From: Ignavibacteria bacterium
GTDB taxonomy: Bacteria; Bacteroidota; Ignavibacteria; UBA10030; UBA6906
Length of the DNA stretch: 41,043 nt
Direction of reading: 5' to 3'
Assembly (NCBI GenBank): GCA_003251275.1
Contig: QKGJ01000132.1
Coordinates: forward strand, 1 to 41,043
Below are positions 16,168 through 24,037 of the stretch, piece by piece. The translations under genes were made by a program, and so were the position numbers. Under the pieces are notes generated by a model, which had not been told where the DNA came from, made no database searches, and was given only the letters and a program-made list of their open reading frames with translations. How positions within the stretch are numbered: position 1 is the stretch's first letter; each line of letters starts with the position of its first letter.

Positions 16168-17487
16168 ATGACTGTCCCCCCTGACAATCACGAACATGGA
16201 CTTCTTTCTTCGCACCTGAATCACGTTCAGGGTTTCGTGCGTGAGGGACAATTTCAGGAAGCGCTGGAGTCGATCCAGCACGCGCGGGCAACGGAGCCTC
16301 ATAATCTGTATGTAATTGCTTTACAGAAAAAAGTCGAACGGTTGCGCGAACTTTCCAGTGACCAGACTCTTTCGGAAAGCGCCAGACAGGAGATCCAGAG
16401 AGCCCTCGAAGCAATCGCTGCGCGGGCGGTTTCAGTCCCTCCGATTGATCAGCCTTCAAAAAGAGAGATTACCGAGCGGGAGGAAGCGTTGGAAAACGTC
16501 CGGCAGTCCTATTTGCAGCGTGCTGATGAATACCTTACCGAAGGAGATCTGCAGCGTGCATTGAGAGAGGTTCGGCGACTTTACATTCTTCATCCGAACG
16601 ATCCGGAGGCCGAAAGATATGAGAAGAGGATCAATCATATTCTCGGCCTGCAGGATGCAGCCAGCGATAGGACGACCCTTGAGAGTCCAATGGGATTACG
16701 TGCTGAATCGGAGTCTCCTTTTTCACCGGCGCCCGAAGAATTAGCGTCGAGAAAAGAATCAGCCGTGGCAATGCCTGCCTTCTTGGACGAGAACTTCATG
16801 GAAGAAGGCCGTCAGCCTGCTATACGGTGGTCAACCGTGTTGTTTATCTCGGCAATTCTTCTTATCGCCATAATTACTCTCTCGATTATCTTTGGAGGAA
16901 AAGAAGAACACCAAGGCCAGTCATCTTTATCCGGGAATGCCCGTCGATCCATCCCCGGTGTTACTCGTGGGGAGAATAAAACGAATGAGTCCGGATCGGT
17001 TGGGGCGATTCTGGAGAATATTGAAATCAATCCGCCCAAAGCGAATCTTCTGACTGATTCCCCTGCGGGAGGAGAAAGCAACGTAGAGCAGAATTTACCC
17101 GGTGCTGATCACCTCCTGGCGGGAGACGGGGAAACGAACGTGATAAGAATTCCTCCCGTTCTTCCGAAAGCCCCCAATATCGGCGCTGATCAATTGACAC
17201 CATCGTATGTGGAAACGCAAGAACTGCCGCGGGTGAAACAGTTTATCCTGCCTCAGTATCCAGAGCTGGCTTTTCGGACGGGCGCCGAAGGAACGGTCAA
17301 AGTACGAGTGCAGGTGGGGCCCACGGGAAAACCGCTGCAAGCAAGAATCCTTGAGAGCACAAACCCGGTCTTCAACGAGGCGGCAATCAGTGCTATGTTG
17401 AGCGCGGAGTTTGAACCCGGGAAAATGCCTTCGGGCCCAGTGACTTCCTGGGTAACGGTTCCGTTGACCTTCCGACGTCCTGAATAG
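16168..17487 (+). CDS. TonB-family protein with an unusually long (about 220 aa) cytoplasmic N-terminus carrying two copies of the upstream repeat unit
   Basis: 439 aa with a single TM helix (WSTVLFISAILLIAIITLSIIFGG, residues about 221-244) and a Pro/Gly/Asn-rich spacer. The C-terminal TonB_C signature is LPQYPELAFRTGAEGTVKVRVQVGPTGKPLQARILESTNPVFNEAAISAM...FEPG. The N-terminal units are REGQFQEALESIQHARATEPHNLYVIALQKKV and EGDLQRALREVRRLYILHPNDPEAERYEKRI. Confidence 0.8.
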   Translation: MTVPPDNHEHGLLSSHLNHVQGFVREGQFQEALESIQHARATEPHNLYVIALQKKVERLRELSSDQTLSESARQEIQRALEAIAARAVSVPPIDQPSKREITEREEALENVRQSYLQRADEYLTEGDLQRALREVRRLYILHPNDPEAERYEKRINHILGLQDAASDRTTLESPMGLRAESESPFSPAPEELASRKESAVAMPAFLDENFMEEGRQPAIRWSTVLFISAILLIAIITLSIIFGGKEEHQGQSSLSGNARRSIPGVTRGENKTNESGSVGAILENIEINPPKANLLTDSPAGGESNVEQNLPGADHLLAGDGETNVIRIPPVLPKAPNIGADQLTPSYVETQELPRVKQFILPQYPELAFRTGAEGTVKVRVQVGPTGKPLQARILESTNPVFNEAAISAMLSAEFEPGKMPSGPVTSWVTVPLTFRRPE

Positions 17488-17547
17488 ACACTACAAAACA
17501 AATACACGTAAACACAAAAAACCAGTCGAATACAAAAAGGTGAATAA

Positions 17548-18129
17548 ATGAAACCCTTGAAGAGAGTTACACTGTATGCTGTGCTATTGTCATCACTGTT
17601 ATTTGGGTGTTCAACCCAAAAGAAGCAAGAAGAGGGTCAGCGGCCGGCTTTATCGTCACAAACTCAGAACGTTGCGGGAGTCCAATGGAGTATACCAGCG
17701 ACCTGGACAAAAGGTCCGGAAAAGCAAATGCGCGTCGGGACTTATTTTGTGAAGGGAAGCGATGAAAATGTTGAGCAGGGAGAATGTGCCGTTTTCTACT
17801 TCGGGCAGGGGCAAGGTGGAAATGTCGAGGCGAACATCGATCGATGGCTGGCGCAGTTCGAGAACCGTACAAACGAAGAACGCAACAAGGAGGAGTTCAA
17901 CGGAATCAGCGTAACGATAGTCAGCGTTCAGGGAAACTATCTCTCCCCGGGAGGCCCGATGATGCAATCCCAGGGGACGAAGGAAAAATACAGTCTTCAT
18001 GGGGCCATTGTCGAAGCTCCGGGAGGAATGGTATTTTTCAAATTTACCGGACCGAGTTCCGTTGTTAACAGTGCAAGCGATGATTTTCGGGCAATGTTAC
18101 AGTCCCTTTCGAAAAACGTCGCGGGGTAG
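17548..18129 (+). CDS. Lipoprotein of unknown function
   Basis: 193 aa. The signal peptide plus lipobox is MKPLKRVTLYAVLLSSLLFGC. An AAAGGTG RBS precedes the start. Confidence 0.7.
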   Translation: MKPLKRVTLYAVLLSSLLFGCSTQKKQEEGQRPALSSQTQNVAGVQWSIPATWTKGPEKQMRVGTYFVKGSDENVEQGECAVFYFGQGQGGNVEANIDRWLAQFENRTNEERNKEEFNGISVTIVSVQGNYLSPGGPMMQSQGTKEKYSLHGAIVEAPGGMVFFKFTGPSSVVNSASDDFRAMLQSLSKNVAG

Positions 18130-18167
18130 GGTGTTATTGAATCTTTTGCCAACCTTGGAGAAAATGA

Positions 18168-19709
18168 ATGCCTGTTCTTGATTTGGATAGTTTTCAGAAG
18201 AAAATAATTGTCCGCCCAATTCAGATGGAGGATTATCAAAAAATTGTCGACTTACAGCTAAAGTGTTTCCCGGGAATGAAACCGTGGACGCGCGAACAAA
18301 TTGAAAGTCAGCTCAGCTTGTTTCAAGCGGGCCAGATCTGCGTGGAGTACGATGGGGAGATCGTTGCATCCAGCAGCAGCCTGATTCTTGACTTTGCGCT
18401 GTATGGCGAGATGCATACCTGGCAGGATATCTCCAACGCAGGGTACATCACCAACCATAATCCAGAAGGGAACACCCTTTATGGAATTGAAATTATGGTG
18501 GATCCCGCATATCGGGGGATGAAGCTCGCGCGCCGCCTGTACGATGCGCGCAAGCGGATCGCTGTTGAAATGAACCTGATGAGGATTGTTATCGGCGGCC
18601 GTATACCCAATTATGGGAAATACTCCGATAAAATGACCGCGAGAGAATATGTCGACAAGGTGACACAGAAAGTGCTGGTCGATCCGGTGTTAACCACGCA
18701 ACTTTCAAATGGCTTCGTTCTCAAACGGTTGATGGGTTCCTATATGGATTCCGATAAGGAGTCAAAGGGTTATGCGACTCTTCTGGAGTGGACGAATCTG
18801 GATTACCAACCGGACCCCGACCGGGTGTTTGTGGCAGCGCAGCCGGTCAAAATCTGCGTCGTTCAGTATGAGATGAGACAGATCAGTTCGTTTGAGGAGT
18901 TCGTCCGCCAATGCGAATTTTTTATTGACGTGGCCTCTGATTATCGCTGCGACTTCATCCTCTTCCCGGAGATTTACACGACTCAGATGCTCAGCTTTAT
19001 TGAAGCATCCCGTCCGGCTCTTGCGGTACGCAAGCTTGCTGAGTTTACGCCCCAGTACGTTGAGACATTCACGCGACTGGCGGTAAAGTACAATATTAAC
19101 ATTATTGGCGGTTCACATTTTTGTATCGAAAACGATCGTCTTTATAACGTCGCGTACTTATTCCAGCGCAATGGCACCATCAACAAGCAGTATAAGCTTC
19201 ATATTACGCCAAACGAGCGGCGATGGTGGGGAGTCGAACCGGGAAATTCTGTCGAAGTCTTCGAAACGGACAAGGGAAAGATTTCGATTCAGATTTGCTA
19301 CGACATCGAGTTCCCCGAAGTGAGCCGCATCGCGGTGGAAAAGGGAGCGCAGATCATCTTCGTTCCGTTCTGCACAGACGAACGCTACGGCTATCTGCGC
19401 GTACGCTATAGTGCGCAAGCCCGGTGTATTGAAAATCATGTCTATGTTGCCATTGCCGGTACGGTCGGCAATCTCCCCTCCATCCATAATATGGACATTC
19501 AGTATGCGCAATCAGGTATTTTTACCCCTGCCGATCTGCAGTTTGCCCGTGATGCCGTCGAGGCGGAAGCAACGCCGAATATCGAGACAGTGATTGTCGA
19601 TGAAGTTGATCTTGAACTGCTCAAGCGGCATCGACAAAGCGGCAGTGTGTTGAACTGGCGTGATAGGAGGACCGATCTCTACGAAATCCATTACAAAGGA
19701 AACACTTGA
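18168..19709 (+). CDS. Bifunctional GNAT N-acetyltransferase / carbon-nitrogen hydrolase (nitrilase superfamily) protein
   Basis: The N-terminus has the GNAT acetyl-CoA motif (VDPAYRGMKLARRLY). The C-terminal CN-hydrolase carries the Glu-Lys-Cys triad contexts ILFPE, YKLHITPNE and ISIQICYDIEFPE. Confidence 0.85.
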   Translation: MPVLDLDSFQKKIIVRPIQMEDYQKIVDLQLKCFPGMKPWTREQIESQLSLFQAGQICVEYDGEIVASSSSLILDFALYGEMHTWQDISNAGYITNHNPEGNTLYGIEIMVDPAYRGMKLARRLYDARKRIAVEMNLMRIVIGGRIPNYGKYSDKMTAREYVDKVTQKVLVDPVLTTQLSNGFVLKRLMGSYMDSDKESKGYATLLEWTNLDYQPDPDRVFVAAQPVKICVVQYEMRQISSFEEFVRQCEFFIDVASDYRCDFILFPEIYTTQMLSFIEASRPALAVRKLAEFTPQYVETFTRLAVKYNINIIGGSHFCIENDRLYNVAYLFQRNGTINKQYKLHITPNERRWWGVEPGNSVEVFETDKGKISIQICYDIEFPEVSRIAVEKGAQIIFVPFCTDERYGYLRVRYSAQARCIENHVYVAIAGTVGNLPSIHNMDIQYAQSGIFTPADLQFARDAVEAEATPNIETVIVDEVDLELLKRHRQSGSVLNWRDRRTDLYEIHYKGNT

Positions 19710-20941
19710 CGGATCTTCTTCGATCACCGGCTGGTCGTCGATTCCTCTTTGCGGTTCTCTATCTGAGTGAAGGTGCGCCCATCGGATTTATCTGGTGGGC
19801 GTTGCCGGCTCGCCTCCGTGTCGCCGGTGTTCCTATCGAACAAATTGCCTCGTTGAGCGCGCTCCTGATCCTTCCCTGGACACTGAAGTTCCTCTGGGCT
19901 CCCCTCATTGATTCACTCCGCTCTTCCCGATGGACATTGCGCTCGTGGATCTTTTCCGCCCAAACGATTATGGGTTTCTCGCTGGTGCCTCTTCTGTTCG
20001 TGGATCTCCATACGGACTTTCCCCTGATTGTCGGACTCTTGTTCGTGCATGCCGTTGCTGCGGCAACGCAGGATGTTTCTGTCGATGCTCTTGCCATCGC
20101 TTCCGTTTCCGCGGAAGAAAAAGGTTCGGTGAATGGTTGGATGCAGGCAGGGATGCTGCTCGGTCGGTCTGCTCTGGGGGGAGGCGCATTGCTCCTCGCC
20201 TCTACGTTCGGTGACACGGCGGTGATCTCACTCCTGATCGGCGTCATTTGGTTCTCGATGGCGTTTCTCTTTTTTTCAGGAGTGGAAGCAATGCATACAG
20301 CCCACGAGGATCAGTGGAAGCGGATGAAAGATGTTGCAACCCGTCTCGGAACCCTCCTTCGTCGTCGGTCGACATGGCTTGCCCTTGTATTTGCACTCAT
20401 CGGAGGCGCCGGATTTGAGGCGGTGGGAGCGGTAGTGACACCATTTCTGATCGACATGGGAATCTCCACAGAGGAGACTGGCTGGTTCATGGCATTCCCT
20501 GTGGTTGTTGCCATGATGATCGGTGCCGTTGCAGGTGGGTATTTGTCAGACGTGATGGGAAGAATTCGCACGGTCAGTTTCTTCCTGCTCTTCATGGCTG
20601 TTCTGATTCTCGCCGTCAGCATCGTCATTGAAACCGGCAGCGCCGGAAATTCTGCAAGTCTGTTTGTATTGCTCGGTGTCCTCTATCTTGGGATCGGTCT
20701 TTTTACAGCTTCATCCTATGCGCTGTTTATGGATATGACGGACGTTCGTCTTGGCGCGACACAATTCAGCGCCTACATGGGTGTGACGAATGCATGCGAA
20801 ATGTGGTCGGCATTTGTGGTGGGACAGTTGGTAGGAGGGTTTGGTTATGCGATTGCGTTTGCCGTTATGGCCGCTGTTTCTCTTGCGGCGCTCCCGGTTC
20901 TCAAACGCCTCTCCCGTTCTCCGAAACACTCATTTTCCTAA
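19706..20941 (+). CDS. MFS transporter, AmpG/PAT family
   Basis: 411 aa with about 12 TM helices. LPWTLKFLWAPLIDS and AATQDVSVDAL match the AmpG signatures (KFLWSPLMD and ASQDIVFDAW in E. coli AmpG, from memory). The TTG start overlaps the upstream stop (TTGA), so the exact start is uncertain. Confidence 0.8.
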   Translation: MTDLLRSPAGRRFLFAVLYLSEGAPIGFIWWALPARLRVAGVPIEQIASLSALLILPWTLKFLWAPLIDSLRSSRWTLRSWIFSAQTIMGFSLVPLLFVDLHTDFPLIVGLLFVHAVAAATQDVSVDALAIASVSAEEKGSVNGWMQAGMLLGRSALGGGALLLASTFGDTAVISLLIGVIWFSMAFLFFSGVEAMHTAHEDQWKRMKDVATRLGTLLRRRSTWLALVFALIGGAGFEAVGAVVTPFLIDMGISTEETGWFMAFPVVVAMMIGAVAGGYLSDVMGRIRTVSFFLLFMAVLILAVSIVIETGSAGNSASLFVLLGVLYLGIGLFTASSYALFMDMTDVRLGATQFSAYMGVTNACEMWSAFVVGQLVGGFGYAIAFAVMAAVSLAALPVLKRLSRSPKHSFS

Positions 20942-21220
20942 AGCGCTGACTCTCCTTGCAAACTCCACATCGAGCGTACTGAGGCCACCGAGGTCATGCG
21001 TCATCAGATCGATGACGACGCGATTGTAGACATTCGACCAGTTCGGATGATGGTTGAGCGATTCCGCGACGAGCGCCACGCCGGACATAAATGACCATGC
21101 ACCCGCAAAGTCCTTAAACTTGAACTCTCTGTGCAACTTTCCATTCTGGACGGACCACCCGGGAAGAGAGGAGCCAAGTTGCTGGATCTCGGTGTCATTG
21201 AGTTTTTGTCGTTCCGTCAT
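20930..21220 (-). CDS. 4a-hydroxytetrahydrobiopterin (pterin-4a-carbinolamine) dehydratase, PCD/DCoH family
   Basis: 96 aa: ...LPGWSVQNGKLHREFKFKDFAGAWSFMSGVALVAESLNHHPNWSNVYNRVVIDLMTHD. The HHP...W.NVYN...L.TH core is diagnostic of the family. Confidence 0.9.
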   Translation of the reverse strand: MTERQKLNDTEIQQLGSSLPGWSVQNGKLHREFKFKDFAGAWSFMSGVALVAESLNHHPNWSNVYNRVVIDLMTHDLGGLSTLDVEFARRVSALGK

Positions 21221-21221
21221 T

Positions 21222-22334
21222 CTACGAAATGATCGCAGCTTTTTCGAAGGTCAGTAATTCCTTGCAGTCGGAGATCATGGGCTTGATGCCTTCGGTATGG
21301 ATTACCTTGCTCCTTGTCGAACCATGCCGCGGGAGATAGACCTTGCCGATTGGGACAAAACCCAGATCCTTCATCAGCATCGAAATCTCAAACGGATAAT
21401 CGATCACCCCGAAGGACCCTGTCACGAGTTCAGCAATTATCGAGACCCGACCGCCGTTCTTGAGAATGCGGCTTGCTTCGCGCGTAATTGTTTTGAATTT
21501 CAGAAGTGTTTCGGCCTTCGCTGCTGCGGCCGAGGCGGCACCCCCGTTGGTTTGCGAGAAAAACTCCGATGGCGCGTCGAGGAACACGTAATCGACGCTG
21601 GCGGTTTCCTCCGGGATGCCGGTCTGTAGAATATTCGCTCTCGTTATCCGCTCATCTGCCGGTTCAATGTCGTACATTTTCACTTTCCTGTCGGAAAGAA
21701 ACTCTGTCCCTTCTACGACGTCCCCCGTGGTACCGCTTCCTGCCATCGGATCGACGATCCTTGCACCAGGCTTTGTATAGTAGAACAAGGCGTTTGCCAC
21801 GATCTGTCCGGGGAGACGTCCCTTGACGCCGGACTTCCCGAAGCGAGGGTCAGGGATGTCAAACGACCAGATGGTTTTTTCCTTGAGTTCAAACCCGTAT
21901 TGCGTTCGCTCATCGGAGCGGCGGGCAAGCTCGTCGTCACGGATTTTCTTTTGGAGATCAGAAATCGTCCACTTGTTTTGGACCGCCATCTTCTCGTAGG
22001 CTTCGCGTTGCTTGCTGTCGTTGACTTTTGTGGCAAGCTCGAAATAGAAAATTTCCGGCAGGGGTTTCTTCTCAACGTTCGGGTAGTAAGTGTAGAACAT
22101 CTGGCACTGCTTCAGCATTTGAAAGGGGAACTTAAACCCCGGCACCTCCGCCATCTTTTTCAGAATTTGTTCCGAGTAGATACCTTCCTTGAGCGCAGTC
22201 GGGACGACCTTTTCGACAAGGAATTTACCCAAGTCCCAATAGTTATCCGCGGAAAAAGAATTGAGCTTTTCAACCAGCGTGTCGAGCGAGGATGAGGATT
22301 TTTGACGGGCGGTTGTGGTGGATGCGCGTGCCAT
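21222..22334 (-). CDS. Putative SAM-dependent methyltransferase with a DUF1016_N-like helical N-domain and a non-canonical motif IV
   Basis: 370 aa. Motif I is ARIVDPMAGSGTTGDV, preceded by RLPGQIVANALFYYTK, which resembles the substrate-loop/motif X of Trm11 and N6/N4 methylases. The position expected for (D/N)PP(Y/F) reads VFLDAPSEF. The N-terminal segment ELATKVNDSKQREAYEKMAVQNKWTISDLQKKI resembles the YhcG/DUF1016 N-terminal domain (from memory). Confidence 0.6.
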   Translation of the reverse strand: MARASTTTARQKSSSSLDTLVEKLNSFSADNYWDLGKFLVEKVVPTALKEGIYSEQILKKMAEVPGFKFPFQMLKQCQMFYTYYPNVEKKPLPEIFYFELATKVNDSKQREAYEKMAVQNKWTISDLQKKIRDDELARRSDERTQYGFELKEKTIWSFDIPDPRFGKSGVKGRLPGQIVANALFYYTKPGARIVDPMAGSGTTGDVVEGTEFLSDRKVKMYDIEPADERITRANILQTGIPEETASVDYVFLDAPSEFFSQTNGGAASAAAAKAETLLKFKTITREASRILKNGGRVSIIAELVTGSFGVIDYPFEISMLMKDLGFVPIGKVYLPRHGSTRSKVIHTEGIKPMISDCKELLTFEKAAIIS

Positions 22335-22427
22335 GCTCCCTCCATGATGTTACGGGTAGGATAGCGGAATTCCAGAAGGAATGCAATAAAGGGAGAGGTA
22401 GTTTTTCAGCGAAAGAACTCTTCCTAT

Positions 22428-23156
22428 CTACGAGGTTTCAAGCAGCGCCGCGACTCGCTGGAGGTCTTCTGCAGTATCAATCTCCATGCAGCGTTTGTCC
22501 TGCACATCAACAGCGTAGATTTCGCTCCCATTTGCTATTGTCTCCTGGAATGCAGCTTCATAGAAGTGGTTCACTTCCTTGCGCACGAGCATCTTGTCTT
22601 TCAGGATTTCGAAGAGGAGTGAAACATATTTCGCACTGAACTTCTCAATACCAATGGATTCTCCCGCCGCCTCTGTCGGATCGACTACTTTGCTAATCTG
22701 CAGGATGCGACCGGCCTTATCGGACAGGACCTTAATCTCTTCTTCACCAAGGGGAAGTCCGGTTTTCATTGCAAGACAGTTTTCGTGTCCTGATTGAAGG
22801 AGCACTCTGATGATACTTTCATCAAAGATGATATCGCTGTCCAGCAGGAGCATATCGTCGTTCATGACCAACTCTCGCGCTAGCCAGAGGGAGTAAATGT
22901 TGTTTGTGGAATCAAACAACGGATTGGTCAGAAACGATATATGAAGATCCGGAAACTTGCTCCGCACGAACGCATGTATTTGCTCTTCCAGGTATCCCGT
23001 CACCATGACAATGTCGCGAATATTATTGGTGCGGAGGTTCTGCAGTGTGCGGCCGAGGATTGTCGCGTTGCCAACGCGGAGGAGGCACTTCGGTGTGCTG
23101 TCGGTAAGCGGTCGGAGACGCGAGGCAATACCGGCAGCGAGTATCACTCCCTTCAT
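22428..23156 (-). CDS. Nucleotidyltransferase (LicC / sugar- or alcohol-phosphate cytidylyltransferase-like)
   Basis: 242 aa. The N-terminal signature MKGVILAAGIASRLRPLTDSTPKCLL is the GxGxRL NTP-transferase loop. The gene overlaps the upstream gene by 4 nt (ATGA). Confidence 0.8.
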   Translation of the reverse strand: MKGVILAAGIASRLRPLTDSTPKCLLRVGNATILGRTLQNLRTNNIRDIVMVTGYLEEQIHAFVRSKFPDLHISFLTNPLFDSTNNIYSLWLARELVMNDDMLLLDSDIIFDESIIRVLLQSGHENCLAMKTGLPLGEEEIKVLSDKAGRILQISKVVDPTEAAGESIGIEKFSAKYVSLLFEILKDKMLVRKEVNHFYEAAFQETIANGSEIYAVDVQDKRCMEIDTAEDLQRVAALLETS

Positions 23157-24037
23157 TTCTGTTCCTGCATGCCGAGTTGCCGATCAATCCGTTTTTGTAA
23201 TACAAGGAGAATCAACGCGAGAACATTGCCAACCGCAGCGATTCCCCAGAGGTAAATATCAAGCCGGTTAAGAAGGGAGGTGACGATCAGAAGTGTCCAC
23301 TGCGTTGTGGGACCGAGGTACGTCCAGAGGTGAATGATCACCCGGTTTTTTTGACGGAAGACTTGCGGATCGACTGCTGTGGCGGGTTTTTCTTTTTTGT
23401 TTCCAGAGGTGCCGCGCGCTTGCAGCGCCGAATAGCGAAGGTAAATCCAGATGAGAATACGGTCGAACAGCTTGCGCTTTTCCCTCTTCAGAGTCTCGTA
23501 CTCTTGTTCGAACCCTTTCACCCCTTCATCCAGAACACTCTTTCGTTGAAGAACAATGTCGAGAAATCTGTTCCGGTAAAAATCAAGGAGGCCGGACTGC
23601 ACTGCATTACTGATACCGGCTGCGACCGTTAATGCCCACATGGCTCCCGGCGAAGAAGAGGTGCCCGCATACCCGATACCAATACCGAGATAGACGGCAA
23701 CGCTCACCGCGTAATCTGCGACTCCATCGAGGATGCGACCGATGGCCGAACCGCTGTTTTGTAGTCGTGCAAGCTGGCCGTCACTGCAATCGATAACATG
23801 GTAGAGGAGGTAAAGGACACCGCCCCATGCGTATGCTTCGGGAGTTCCATACGTATAGCTGAAACCGCCAAGCACGCCAAAGACCATCGAAGCGACCGTG
23901 AGCTGGTTCGGGGTGATCTCCGTGTGTGCGATGAGCTTGACGAAGAAGAAGGCGAGGGGTCTATAAAAGAACAGATCGAAAAACTCCTCGACGGCGGGGA
24001 GCTTTAACGTTCTGGTGTACTCAGCGATCAATCCCAA
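23153..24037 (-). CDS. CDP-alcohol phosphatidyltransferase family membrane protein
   Basis: 294 aa and polytopic. The complete family motif D-G-x2-A-R-x8-G-x3-D-x3-D is present as DGQLARLQNSGSAIGRILDGVAD. Confidence 0.85.
   Translation of the reverse strand: MGLIAEYTRTLKLPAVEEFFDLFFYRPLAFFFVKLIAHTEITPNQLTVASMVFGVLGGFSYTYGTPEAYAWGGVLYLLYHVIDCSDGQLARLQNSGSAIGRILDGVADYAVSVAVYLGIGIGYAGTSSSPGAMWALTVAAGISNAVQSGLLDFYRNRFLDIVLQRKSVLDEGVKGFEQEYETLKREKRKLFDRILIWIYLRYSALQARGTSGNKKEKPATAVDPQVFRQKNRVIIHLWTYLGPTTQWTLLIVTSLLNRLDIYLWGIAAVGNVLALILLVLQKRIDRQLGMQEQK

Noticed and set aside
13921-16302. Several long antisense or alternative-frame ORFs inside the 838-aa gene (e.g. 14325..14903, 15688..16302, 14036..14398)
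   Set aside because: They are Ser/Arg/Leu-rich low-complexity translations of the complement of GAA/AAG-rich coding sequence. The plus-strand frame carries a coherent 11-fold repeat architecture.
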